Source: Isurus oxyrinchus (lineage: Eukaryota). From it: DNA of 64,000 nt. A model generated the notes under the pieces. That model saw only the letters and a list, made by a program, of their open reading frames with translations. It was not told the origin of the DNA and made no database searches. This document shows positions 37,440 through 50,091 of this stretch, piece after piece. The stretch covers positions 496,001-560,000 of the forward strand of contig JANJGN010000121.1 of the NCBI GenBank assembly GCA_026770705.1. The letters run 5' to 3'. Position numbers and translations under genes: made by a program. Numbering within the stretch: the stretch's first letter is position 1; each line of letters starts with the position of its first letter.

Positions 37440-40280
37440 TTTTTTATCCACTCACTGAAACTATTTATCTCCCTCTGCAGCCTCTTTGTGTCCTCCTCAC
37501 AACTTGCTTTCCTGCCCAGCTTATATATTTCCTACCTATCTTCACCATACAGTCAGAAAATCTGCCGACAGTACAGTCAGTCCCTTCATCCAAGTCACTA
37601 ATGTAGATTGTGAATAGTTGAGGCCTCAGCACTGATCCCTGTGGCTCTCCACTAGTTACAGTTTACCAAGCTGAAAATCACCCATTTATCCTGGCTCTCT
37701 GTTTCCTGTCAGTTAGCCAGTCCTCTATCCAAATTAATATATCCCCCCCGACACCATCCAATTTCACCCTGTGCAGTATCCTTTGATGTGGCTCCTTATC
37801 GAATGCCTTTTGGAAATCCAATGTCACGAAGAGATATTTGTGTGTAAAATGTGCTTGGAAATTATTAATAAAATAGAATTCTAGTGGTGGTCCATGTATA
37901 GGTGTGTGTCTGGGTGTGTCTTAATTGGATTAAAGCCAACTGGTCTGTGTGTTTTGATGTTTAATAGTTTTGAGATGTTAATTGGGTGAATTGTGAGGAG
38001 AACAGTAAATTGTTCATTTGCAATTGTTGAATAAACCATTCCAGACAGGGGGTAAAATCTTGCACCTAGTTAGAAGGAGCCAAAAGATGTGTTTTTTCTT
38101 GAACTTACTAATGAAATTGGTGCTATGAAAGGGGGTTTTATTGTTCGAAGAGGTGGAGTTCAGAAGACCGAGTGATACAATGGAAAATTTACATTCAAAG
38201 GGAAAGCTAGCTATATAAAGGAAGGAGTTTGTGTGTGTGAGGCAGGAGCATTTCAGACCTAACCAGCCTGTAGCCTCCAACCAACTTGCAAAGGAACCTC
38301 ATTCGGAATCCGTAATGTCAAATGTGCTTTGCCTGGTGTTTATATTATGTCAATGGTTCATTGTTGCCTTAGTAGAGATTTACGTGGGGGTGATTAATTG
38401 GGGGATTTGTTAAAAAGTTATTATAGTAGTTATTTGTAGCCAATGTGTATGTGTTAAATTAATAAATGGTTTATTTAATTTTATATAAAAAACCCTCAAT
38501 CCTCGGTCGTCTTATTCCTACTGAATTCAAAGTCTTCATCTCGAAATTACAAACAGCAAAATTGCGTTACGACAGTTGTTTCAATTTTCCCTCTGGGATT
38601 TGAACAACTCAGCCTTTACCCTTGGCTGTGTCATAGTCCCTAATACACCACATCTACAGGTTCCACTTTATCCAATCCACTTGTTACATCCTCGAGGAAA
38701 TCTAATTATTTTTTCAAACATGATATCCCTTTCACAAGCTCATGTTGACTCTGTCTGATTGAATTATGGTTTTCTAAATGTCCTGCTGCTCCCTCCTTCA
38801 TAATGAATTCTGGTATTTTCCCAATGACAGATGTTAGACTAACTGACCTGTAGTTTCTTGCTTTCTGCCTCCCCCCTTTATTGAACAGAAATGTTTCATT
38901 TATGTTTTTCCAATCCGCTGGGACCTTCCCATAATCTAAGGAATTCTGGAAGATTACAACCAATGCATCCACCGTCTCTGCAGCCATTTCCTTTCAGACC
39001 CTCACATTCAGGCCGTCTGCTCCATGGGACTTGTCAGCATCTGTCTCATTAGTTTTCTTAATACTTTTTCTCTGGTGATAGTGATTGTTTTATGTTCCTC
39101 CCTCCTTGTTGCACCGTGACTTTCTCCTGCTATTGGGATGGTTTTAGAGATTTTTATTGTGAAGACAGACACAAAATTCTTGTTGAAAGTCTCTGTCATT
39201 TCCTGTTTCCCATTATTAATTCCCCAGTCTGATTTTCTCTGTGTCCCATTATTACTGGAGCTTCTCTCTTATTTTAATGTACAACATCTCACAGACATTG
39301 TTTATGGTTCTTGCTAGTTTACTCTCATATCATCATTTCTGCCTCCTTATATTTCTTCCCTCACTTTTCTGGTTTCTCAAATATTCCCAATCTCCAGCCT
39401 ATCACTCAGCATCCCAACATTGCCGGCTTTATCTCACAATTGGATACCGTCCTTAGCTTCCTGAGTTAGCCGCCGATGCTCCATCCTTCTTATAGATTCT
39501 TTCTTTCTTACTGGAAAATATCTTCATTGGCATTTATGAAAGATCTCTTTAGACGCCTGTTGCTCCGCATCTACCCACCCCCCCTTTAACCTGCTGTCCC
39601 ACCCTACTTGGGCCGACTCTACTTTTAACCCTTGTAATTGCCTTTAGTTAAGTTTATGACACTAGCTTCAGAACCAAGTTTCTAAATTGAATATTAAATT
39701 TCAACACCGTACGATTACTCTTCCCTTGAGGGTCCTTTACAATGAGATGTTAATTAGTCTTGTCTCATTAAACATTGCCAGGACTAAAACAGCCTCTTCC
39801 CTGGTTGGTTCCATGTTGGATTGTTCTAAAATACTGTCCTGAATACAATCTGTGAAAGCTACATTTGCTAATCTGATTTGTCTAATCCATATGACGATTG
39901 AAAACTCCCATGATTATTGTGGTGCCATTCGCACAGACCTCCGCATGTATTGATTTATAATCTACCCCTGCAGTGTAACTTCTGTCAGGGTGGAGTAAAA
40001 CCAACCCATCAGAGATTTCTTTCCCTTGCAATTTCTTATATTCACCCAAACTGACTGTGCATCTTGACATTTGAGCCAAGATCATTTCTCACTACTTTAC
40101 AGGTCTCATCTTTTATTAAGAGAGCGACCCCACCTCCTTTTCATTTTTCCTATCCTTTCAAAGATTCCAAATATCCTTCAATTTTCAATTCCCAACCTTG
40201 GTCACCTTGCAACCAACTCTCTGCAGTGTCCATCTTATCGTACCCATTAATCTCTATTTGTGCTATGACTTCATTCATTT
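37440..40280 (-). mobile_element. Long decayed CR1-like LINE (endonuclease to RT) with a nested LTR
   Basis: IFQNSLDYGKVPADWKNIN...KGGRQKARNYRSVSLTSVIGK and TIIMGVFN motifs. Confidence 0.82.
37822..38637 (+). mobile_element. Solo LTR-like insertion inside the LINE
   Basis: Homologous to 43332-44089; splits the LINE sequence. Confidence 0.65.
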
Positions 40281-42631
40281 TGTTCCAAATTTATGTTTTA
40301 TATATTCATTCATCCATGGGAAGTGGGCATCACTGGCTAGGCCAGCATTTATGGCCCATCCCTAATTACCTTGAGAAGGTGGTGGTGAGCTGCCTTCCTG
40401 AACCTCTGCACTCCATGTGGTGTAGGTACACCCACAATGCAGTTAGAGAAGGAAGTCCAAGATTTTGACCAAGTGGCAGTGAAGGGACGGCGATATATTT
40501 CAAAATCAGGATGATGTGTGTCTTGGAGGCGAACTTCCAGGTGGTGGTGTTCCCCTATGCCTGCTGCCCTTGTCCTTCTCAATGGTAGAGGTCGTGGGAT
40601 TGGAAGGTGCTGTTGAAGGAACCTTGCTGAGTTGCTGAAGTTCATGTTGTAGATGGGACACACTGCTGCCACTGTGCATTGACGATGGAGGGAGTGAGTG
40701 TTGCTGTGGTTGAGGGGGAGCCAATCAAGCGGGGCTGCTTTGTCCAGGGTGGTGTCGAGCTTCTTGAGTGTTGTTGGAGCTGCACTCATCCGGGCAAGTG
40801 GAGAGTATTCCATTCACACTCCTGCCTTGTGCTATGTTGATGATGGACAGGATTTGAGGAGTCAGGAGGTGAGTTACTCACCGCAGGATTCCCAGCCTCT
40901 GAGCTGCTCTTGTAGCCACAATGTTTATGTGGCTGACCCAGTTCAGATTCTCGTCAATGGTAACCCCCAGGCTTTTGATATTCGGGGATTCAGTGATGGT
41001 GCTGCCATTGAATGTCAAGGGGAGATGGTTAGATTCTCTCTTGTGTGCATTCAGATTAAGAACCTTTCTGTCTTTTCCCCATTTCCCCTACTCTGACCTT
41101 ATTTGCTGGGACACTGGTTGATGCTGGTTTCAGTCTCAGTTTGTCTCAGTTGGTCACACTCTGGCCTCTGTCTCGAGACTAATGTTCCCTCTTGGTAGTG
41201 ACAGTGATGGGGGTGTTGGGGAGGGTGTGGATATTGACCCCACTGCTCCCCCTCCCCCACTCCACCATTCTATCCTGGGATACCTGCCAGGATCCTTGTT
41301 CCAGCTGCAATGGGCAGCCCTTCCACACTTTCCTGTGGGCCCCGCACTTCATGTGTAAAAGCGCTAAGTTAGAGCAGGGATGGAGAAATAAACAGAGGGC
41401 ATGGGATGAGTGTGGGGGTCTCACAGCCAGAACTGATCCTGCCCTCAACTCTGTGGAAGGGGGGAGGTTTCACCAGCTCTCTGTCTTAACAGCATCGTAA
41501 CCACAGTGTGAAGATTGTCCCCATTCCCTGTATCTTAATAATATTGTAAAGACATCTGGGAGATAGCCTGCAGTCTCTGAAAAAGAATTTGGTGTGTTTG
41601 CAGCACCACCACTGGCAAGAGAGTGTAAGTACAGTGTGACATGTTTACATGAGAAATTTTCATGATAAATGTGCACACAGGAATTTACATAATTTGTTGG
41701 GGAAATGCAATGACATGAATTAACAGATTGGAGCAGGAAGGTTGTCCCAGAGTAAGCTGTTTAATAAAAATATATCTGTACAGAGTTGTCTGGGCATTTC
41801 AATCCCTTGTGACAATAAATGTAATATTATAGAAAATGCAAAAGCTTCTTGTAATCTATCACAGAATAAACAAGTTGCAGAATTCAGAAAGCACATTCTG
41901 AAATGTTAACAAAATTCAGTGACGTCACATTTCTGCTAATTACTATTCAACCATGTTGGCTGCACGCAGTCAGGCAGTCCCTCGGTTGTGAGGTGTCCAC
42001 ACAGCAGGACAGGGATGCATCAGCATCAAAGGACATGCTTAGTTGTTGCCGTGCAATGCATTTATTGCGAGCCTGTTGCACACACGCCCTGTCAAAGGAG
42101 CCTCCTTGGTTCCATTCTGAATCGAGGCAGGTCCAAGATACTACAACAACTTGCATTAACATAGCACCTTTAATGTAGCAAACTGTGCCAAAACTCTTTA
42201 GGGGATTGCTAACCACATATAAATCCATCTCTGAGACTCATAATGAGATATTAGGGACAGGTGACAAAAAGCTGAGTTAACAAAGCCAGTTAATAAGGAC
42301 CATGTTAAATGAGGAGAGAGAGAGAGCGATAGACAGAGAAGCAGAGGGAGAGAGACAGGGAGAGAGAGAGAGCGATAGACAGAGAAGCAGAGTGAGAGAG
42401 ACACAGAGAGAGATAGAGAGACAGGGACAGAGAGAGAGACACTGAATCTCTGTCCCCAATGACTCAGCATCAATTCGTTACTGGGGAAACATCACCAACC
42501 ACAGACCCATTCAGTCCCTTCCTCCCTCTCTCCCCCTCTCCCCCAGTGGGTTGCCTCATGTTCCAAGGAATCATAATCCCTGGCCACACCCACAAACCTC
42601 CTCACCCCCTCTCCCCATTTCACACTCAATT

Positions 42632-42874
42632 TCACTTGAATCTGATCTGTGCGTATTCCGTCTCCTCTTCCCTGTGGACAGACCCATCACCACTGGGCAC
42701 CCTGAAGACTTGGGGATTGGCGTAGAGAAGGTCGGCGGGATTGTCAGGGTTCCCATGTCCAGCATCGCCTCCCACTGCACCTTCAGAGAGACCCCGGGGA
42801 GCTGGGGTCTCCCCCTCACTAGTTGTGTCTCTGGTTGCGTTCCGGGGCTCAGTAATCAGCACGTTCTGTTTACC
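42632..42874 (-). CDS. Terminal cytoplasmic exon T1 (phase 0), GKQNVLITEPR...DLLYANP...EETEYAQIRFK*
   Basis: tttctctgtag acceptor; distal ITSM TEYAQI as in CD33-type Siglec tails; AATAAA at ~42061-42066. No parent ectodomain found in the window. Confidence 0.75.
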   Translation of the reverse strand, partial: GKQNVLITEPRNATRDTTSEGETPAPRGLSEGAVGGDAGHGNPDNPADLLYANPQVFRVPSGDGSVHREEETEYAQIRFK

Positions 42875-43019
42875 CTACAGAGAAATGGAAACAGAAGACA
42901 TCCTCACATCATTTACTGGCACTGATAGGGTTAAATTATTGTGCAGCCTCGTTACTGTCAGTCGTGGCTCAGTGGGTTTAACTCTCCTTCCCATGTCTTA
43001 TGATAGAAACCACCTAAGG

Positions 43020-43205
43020 CATGTGCAGCACTCTCTCAGTACTGACCCTCCGACAGTGCAGTGCTCCCTCGGTACTGACCCTCCGGCAGTGCAGTACTCC
43101 CTCAGTACTGACCCTCCGGCAGTGCAGTACTCCCTCAGTACTGACCCTCCGACAATGTAGCACTCCCTCAGTACTGACCCTCTGTCAGTCTCGCACTCCC
43201 TCGGT
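43020..43205. repeat. 33-bp tandem array
   Basis: Visible; paralogous arrays at 46005-46290 and 48955-49730. Confidence 0.88.
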
Positions 43206-43331
43206 AATGGCTCTGGCGAGTGACGGCTTGGATTCTGCACACAGGTGCCTGGTGTGAGGCTCAATAACATGCACCTTGTAATCAGAGAGAGGATGAGAGA
43301 GAGGGATAGAGATGAAGGGACAGAGACAGAG

Positions 43332-44089
43332 TGTTATGAATCTATTAATGTATGTAATGTAATTGGAAATTGTCTATTTAGACAGAAGTTCAGTCTGTGG
43401 GTATGTTTGTGTGTGTTTTAATTGGACTAAAGCCAGCCAGTCTGGGTACTTTGATGTATCATAGTTTTGAGATGTAAACAAAGAGGTAAAGTGGTAATTT
43501 GCATTTTTAAATAGAACATTCAATGTCGGGGGGTGAAATCTTAAACCAATCAACGTTTATATTACTAATAAAATTGAGACTGTGAAAGGGGATTTATTGT
43601 TAAAAGAGGTGTAGTTCAAAGGTCCTGATGATACAATGAGAATTTACATTCAAATAGAAGCGCTGGGTATAACTTGAGCAGTTTTGTGTGTGCAGAGCAG
43701 AGGCTTGTAACATCAAAGCAGCTGTAAGCCTGCACCTGTCTGCAAAGGAACCAAAGTGAAAGGAACCTCATTTGGAATTTGTGAGGTGAAAATGCTTTGC
43801 CTGGAATCTGCTTAAAGTCTATGGGTTGTCTTAGAGGAGATTAGTTTAAGAATTTGTTAAAAAGTTATGATAATACTAGTTTGTAGCCATGTGCATATGT
43901 TTAACTTGTGTAAATTAATAAATGTCTCAAGTAGTTTGATATAAAACCATCTTGAGAACTGGTGGTCTTATTCCTGAATTTAAAGCTGCATCTCACACAT
44001 TCCATTGGGAAATATAGGTTATGACAGTTGTTTAAAGTTTCCCTCTGGGATTTTAAACAACAGCCTTTACCAGTTGCTGTGTCATAACA
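43332..44089 (+). mobile_element. Solo LTR (~760 bp)
   Basis: Perfect 8-bp inverted termini TGTTATGA...TCATAACA, near-TSD cagag/gagag, internal AATAAA; duplicate at 46417-47174. Confidence 0.75.
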
Positions 44090-44224
44090 GAGAGACAGCA
44101 TGGTACTGAACCATTGCTGACTCCACAGGTACAAATCAGTGGGTAACTGGGCTGGGAATCTGGGACATGTGTTGTCTACACACTGAGATTGAAGCTTTGG
44201 AGTGAGTGTAAACAGTTCCTGTAC

Positions 44225-44306
44225 CTGGTGCTTCACAGAGAGTGGACTGGGGGTCAATGCAATGTCTCTGGTCCCTGAAACTCTCTCCTCCATCGCTGTC
44301 TTTCTC
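44225..44306 (-). CDS. Juxtamembrane exon J1 (82 nt, phase 2-0), RKTAMEERVSGTRDIALTPSPLSVKHQ
   Basis: ttgcag/gtacag; phases fit TM (phase 2) to terminal exon (phase 0). Confidence 0.65.
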
Positions 44307-45234
44307 CTGCAATAACACAATATCACACTGTGGTTATCATATAGCAGAGAGTCAGTGCAGCACAGACACAGAGCACACTGTAACCTTACACCAATGACTC
44401 GACTGTCTCTTTAAATCAGTTCTGCACAAAGCACAGAATTAAGAAGCTCGACACCATCCAGGACAAAGCAGCTCGATTGATCGACACCCCATCCCCCACA
44501 TTAAACATTCACTCCCTCCACCATGAACACACAGTGGCAGCAGTGTGTGTACCATCTACAAGATGCACTGCAGCAACTCAGCAAGGCTCCTTCAACAGCA
44601 CCTTCCAAACCCACGACCTCTACCATCTAGAAGGACAAGGGCAGCAGACACATGGGAACACCACCACCTGGAAGTTCCCCTCCAAGTCACTCACCATCCT
44701 GACTTGGAAATATATCACTTCACTGTCACTGGGTCAAAACCCTGGATCTCCCTCTCTAACAGCACTGTGGGTGTACCTACACCACATGGACTGCAGCGGG
44801 TCAAGAAGGCAGCTCACCACCACCTTCTCAAGGGGCAATTAGAGATGGGCAATTAATAGCGGCCTCACCAGTGACAGCCACATTCGATGAAAGAATTTAA
44901 AATCTCACAGCTCAGGAGGAAGCCACTCAGCCCATCGTGCCTGTGCTGGCCCTTTGAAAAAACTGACCAATTAGTCCCACTACCCAGACTGTTCAATCAT
45001 TCCTGATGGTTATAACCACCACTGTCGATGGACCCTCTGATTTACCATTCTGAATCGAGGCAGATCAACTTTCCTGCAACAACTTGCATTTATATGGCAC
45101 ACTTAATGTAATAAACTGTCCCAAATCTCTTCAGGGGATTTTTACCTACATATAAATCCATCTCTGAGACACATAATGAGCTATTAGGGACAGGTGACAA
45201 AAAGCTGATTTCACAAAGCCAGTTAATAAGGACC

Positions 45235-45386
45235 NNNNNNNNNNNNNNNNNNNNNNNNNNNNNNNNNNNNNNNNNNNNNNNNNNNNNNNNNNNNNNNNNN
45301 NNNNNNNNNNNNNNNNNNNNNNNNNNNNNNNNNNNNNNNNNNNNNNNNNNNNNNNNNNNNNNNNNNNNNNNNNNNNNNNNNNNNNN
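45235..45386. other. Assembly gap, probably a GA microsatellite
   Basis: Ns; the paralogous site at 42310-42440 is a (GA/CA)n tract. Confidence 0.95.
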
Positions 45387-45612
45387 GAGAGACAGAGTAC
45401 GAGAGAGAGAGACACTGAATCTCTGTCCCCAATGACTCAGCATCAAGTCGTCACTGGGGAAACATTTCATTCCAAACCACACCAACCACAGACCCATTCA
45501 GTCCCTTCCTCCCTCTCTCCCCCTCTCCCCCAGTGGGTTGTCTCATGTTCCCAAGAATCTTCATCCCTGCCACCACCCACACACCTCCTGACCCCCTCTC
45601 CCCGTTTCACAC

Positions 45613-45861
45613 TCAGTTTCGCTTGAATCTGATCTGTGCGTATTCCGTCTGCTCTTCCCTGTGGACAGACCCATCACCACTGGTCACCCTGAAGACTTGG
45701 GGATTGGTGTAGAGAAGCTCGTTGGGATTGTCAGGGTTCCCATGTCCAGCATCGCCTCCCACTGCACATTCAGAGAGACCCCGGGGAGCTGGGGTCTCCC
45801 CCTCACTAGTTGTGTCTCTGGTTGTGTTCCGGGGCTCAGTAATCAGCACGTTCTGTTTACC
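45613..45861 (-). CDS. Terminal cytoplasmic exon T2, ...ELLYTNP...EQTEYAQIRFKRN*
   Basis: Intact paralog of T1. Confidence 0.72.
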   Translation of the reverse strand, partial: GKQNVLITEPRNTTRDTTSEGETPAPRGLSECAVGGDAGHGNPDNPNELLYTNPQVFRVTSGDGSVHREEQTEYAQIRFKRN

Positions 45862-47309
45862 CTACAGAGAAATGGAAACAGAAGACATCCTCACATCATT
45901 TACTGGCACTGATAGGGTTAAATTATTGTGCAGCCTGGTTAGTGTCAGTCGTGGGTCAGTGGGTTTAAACCTCTCTCACATGTCTTATGAAAGAAAACAC
46001 CTATGGCAGTGCAGTGCTCCCTCAGTACTGACCCTTCGATAGTGCAGCACTTCCTCAATGCTGACCATCCAACAGTGCAGCACTCCCTCAGTACTGACCC
46101 TCCAACAGTGCAGCGCTCCCTCAGTACTGACCCTCCAACAGTGCAGCGCTCCCTCAGTACTGACCCTCCGACAGTACAGGTCTTCCTCAGTACTGACCCT
46201 CTGACAGTGCAGCACTCCCTCAGTACTGACCCTCTGACAGTGCAGCACTCCCTCAGTACTGACCCTCTGTCAGTCTCGCACTCCCTCGGTAATGGCTCTG
46301 GCGAGTGTCGGCTTGGATTCTGCACTCAAGTGCCTGGTGTGAGGCTCAATAACATGAATCTTGTAATCAGAGAGAGGATGAGAGAGAGAGAGAGAGATGA
46401 AGGGTCAGAGACAGAGCGTTATGAATCTATTAATGTATGTATTGTAATTGGAAATTGTCTTTTTAAACAGAGGTTTAGTCTGTGGGTGTGTGTGTGTGTG
46501 TTTTAATTGGAATAAAGCCAGCCGGTCTGGGTACTTTGATGTATAGTAGTTTTGAGATGTAAACAAAGAGGTAAAGAGGCATATTGCATTTTTAAAAGGA
46601 GGATTCAAAGCCTGGGAGTGAATTCTTAAACCAATCAATGTTTATATTACTAATAAAATTGATACTATGAAACGGGATTTATTGTTAGAAGAGATGGAGA
46701 TCAAAGGTCCTGATGATACAATGAGAATTTACTTACAAAGAGAAGCACTGGGTATAACTTGAGCAGTTTTGTGTGTGCAGAGCAGAGGCTTGTAACATCA
46801 AAGCAGCTGTAAGCCTACACCTGTCTGCAAAAGAACCAAAGTGAAAGGAACCTCATTTGGAATTTGTGAGGTGAAAATGCTTTGCTTGGAATCTGCTTAA
46901 AGTCTATGGGTTGTCTTAGAGGACGTTAGTTTGGGAATTTGTTAAAAAGTTATGATAGTACTAGATTGTAGCCATGTGCATATGATTAACTTGTGAAAAT
47001 TAATAAATGTCTCATGTAGTTTGATATAAACCCATCTCAAGAACTGATGGTGTTATTCCTGAATTTAGAGCTGCATCTCAAACATTCCACTGGGAAATAT
47101 AGGTTATGACACTTGTTTAAAGTTTCCCTCTGGGATTTTAAACAACAGCCTTTAGCAGTCGCTGTGTCATAACAGAGAGACAGCATGATACTGAACCATT
47201 GCTGACTCCACAGGTACAAATCAGTGGGTAACTGGGCAGGGAATCTGGGACACATGTTGTCTACACACTGAGATTGAAGCTTTGGAGTGAGTGTAAACAG
47301 CTCCTGTAC

Positions 47310-47391
47310 CTGGTGCTTCACAGAGAGTGGACTGGGAGTCAAGGCAATGTCACTGGTCCCTGAAACTCTCTCCTCCATCGCTGTCTTTCTC
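47310..47391 (-). CDS. Juxtamembrane exon J2 (82 nt)
   Basis: Intact paralog of J1. Confidence 0.62.
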
Positions 47392-48564
47392 CTGTAATAA
47401 CACAATATCACACTGTGGTTATCATATAGCAGAGAGTCAGTGTAGCACAGACACAGAGCCCACTGTAATCTTAGACCAACGACTGGGACTGTCTCTTTAA
47501 ATCAGTTCTATACAAAGCACAGAATCAAGAAGCTTGACACCATCCAGGACAAAGCAGCCCGATTGATCTACACCCCATCCACCACATTAAACATTCACTC
47601 CCTCCACAACGAACACACAGTGGAAGCAGTGTGTGTACCATCTACAAGATGCACTGCAGCAACTCAGCAAGGCTCCTTCAACAGCACCTTCCAAACCCAC
47701 GACCTCTACCATCTAGAAGGACAAGGGCAGCAGACACATGGGAACACCACCACCTGGAAGTTCCCCTCCAAGTCACTCACCATCCTGACTTGGAAATATA
47801 TCATCGTTCCTTCACTGTCGCTGGGTCAAAATCCTGGAACTCCCTCCCTAACAGCACTGTGGGTGTACCTACACCACATGGACTGCAGCGGGTCAAGAAG
47901 GCTGATCACCACCACCTTCTCAAGGGCAATTAGGGATGGGCATTAATGCTGGCATCACCAGTGACAGCCACATTCGATGTAAGAATTAAAAATCTCACAG
48001 CACAATGTATTTATTGGGATCCTCCTGCACACACGCCCTGTCGAAGGACCCTTTGTGGTTCCATTGTTAATCGAAGCAGATCAGACTTACTGCAACTACT
48101 TGCATTTATATAGCACCTTTAATGTAGCAAAATGTCCCAAGGCTCATCCGGGAATTGTTAGTCACATCTTCACCTGACTCTGAGGCACATGAGGAGATAT
48201 AAGGGACAGGAGACCAACAGCTGAGTCAACAAAGTCAGTTATTAACGGGCATCTTAAAGGAGGAGCTGGAGATAGAGAATGAGTGACAGACACAGAAAGA
48301 AAGACAAAGAGAGGGAGAGAGAGAACAAGAGAGCGAGAGAGAGAGAGAAAGAGACAGAGAGAGACAGTGAATCTCTATCCCCAGTGGCTCAGCATCCAGT
48401 CCTCTCTGGAGAAGCATTTCATTCCAAACCACACCAACCGCAGCCCAATCCCATCCCTTCCTCCCTCTCTCCCCCTCTCCCCCAGTGGGTTGTTTCCTGT
48501 TCCCAGGAATCTCAATCACTACCCCCAGCCCCACACCTCCTCACTCCCACTCCCCATTTCTCAT

Positions 48565-48813
48565 TCAGTTATGCTCGAACCTGATCTGTGCGTATTCCGT
48601 CTCCTCTTCCCTGTGGACAGACCCATCATCACTGGACATCCTCAATACTTGGGGATTGGCGTAGAGAAGGCCGTCGGGATTGTCGATGTGCCAATGTCCA
48701 GCATCGCCTCCCAATGCACCTTCAGAGAGACCCCGGGGAGCTGGGGTCTCCCCCTCGCTAGTTGTGTCTCTGGTTGTGTTCCGGGGCTCAGAAATCAGCA
48801 CGTTCTGTTTACC
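48565..48813 (-). CDS. Terminal cytoplasmic exon T3, ...GLLYANP...EETEYAQIRFEHN*
   Basis: Intact paralog of T1; no J exon upstream. Confidence 0.7.
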   Translation of the reverse strand, partial: GKQNVLISEPRNTTRDTTSEGETPAPRGLSEGALGGDAGHWHIDNPDGLLYANPQVLRMSSDDGSVHREEETEYAQIRFEHN

Positions 48814-48954
48814 CTACAGAGAAATGGAAACAGAAGACATCCTCACATTATTTACTGGCACTGATAGGGTTAAATTAATGAGCAGCCTCGTTAGTGTCAG
48901 TCTTGTCTCAGTGGGTTTAACCCTCTCTCTCATGTCATCTGAAAGAAACCACCT

Positions 48955-49730
48955 ATGGCAGTGCAATGCTCCCTCAGTACTAACCCCCCCGACTGTGCAG
49001 CACATCCTCAATAGTGACCCTCTGTCAGTCTCACACTCCCTCATTACTGACCCTCTGTCAGTCTTGCACTCCCTCTGTACAGTGCAGCACTTCCTTAGCA
49101 CTGACCCTCTGACAGTGCAGCACTTCCTTAGCACTGACCCTCTGACAGTGCAGCACTCACTCAGTACTGACCCTCCATCAGTGCAGCACTCCCTCAGTAC
49201 TGACCCTCTGACAGTGCAGCACTCCCTCACTACTGACCCTCCAACAGTGCAGCACTGCTTTAGCACTGACCCTCTGACAGTGCAGCACTCACTCAGTACT
49301 GACCCTCCAACAGAGCAGCACTCCCTTAGCCCTGACCCTCTGACAGTGCAGCACTCCCTCACTACTGACCCTCCAACAATGCAGCACTGCCTTAGCACTG
49401 ACCCTCTGACAGTGCAGCACTCACTCAGTACTGACCCTCCAACAGTGCAGCACTCCCTTAGCCCTGACCCTCTGACAGTGCAGCACTCCCTCAGTACTGA
49501 CCCTCCAACAGTGCAGCACTCCCTTTTCACTGACCCTCTGACAGTGCAGCACTCCCTCAGTACTGACCCTGCAACAGTGCAGCACTTCCTTAGCACTGAC
49601 CCTCTGATGGTGCAGCACTCCCACATTACTGACCCTCTGACAGTGCAGCACTCACTCAGTACTGACCCCTCCAACATTGCAGCATACCCTCTGCACTGAC
49701 CCTCTGACAGTGCAGCACTCCCTCAGTAAT
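48955..49730. repeat. 33-bp tandem array, about 23 units, joining the tail cluster to the G4 upstream region
   Basis: Visible units. Confidence 0.92.
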
Positions 49731-49950
49731 GATACCACAGATTGTCGACATGGACCATATGGCCAGAGACCTGTATTGGGAACTCTTATCGCTTGAGTTT
49801 CAGCCTCCGAGGTGAGGGGAAGGGGTCTAATCCCACAGAGCCAATGGAGAAGCTTCATGACTACAGCTGCCCAAATATGAGCTGACAGATCACACATGGT
49901 AAACGTTTTGCTGAGAGCACAAAACATCCTCAATCTTCTCACTGGTTACC

Positions 49951-49964
49951 CACTTCCTCATTTT
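49951..49964 (-). promoter_or_regulatory. PU.1/Ets motif, putative G4 promoter
   Basis: cacttcctcatttt, same offset as in G1-G3. Confidence 0.55.
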
Positions 49965-50006
49965 GTCTCACAGTGACACATCCACCCTTTCTAATTAAAC
50001 ACACAG

Positions 50007-50091
50007 AGGGAGCAGCACAGGAAGAGGTCATTCAGCCCAAGCAGAGCGTGTGGGCAGTTCCTCCCCAGGCGAGCAGTCGGACAGGTCCTGG
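50007..50091 (+). other. G4 85-nt upstream exon
   Basis: GG|gtaagt donor at 50092. Confidence 0.7.

Noticed and set aside
48680-49699. 339-aa and 287-aa ORFs and similar STDPLTVQHSL / RECCTVRGSVL ORFs; CRISPR-like appearance
   Set aside because: 33-bp head-to-tail tandem repeat with no unique spacers, in eukaryotic context.
49992-49999. TAATTAAA as a TATA box
   Set aside because: Equally explained as branch point plus acceptor context (ctaat...acacag); cannot be resolved from sequence.
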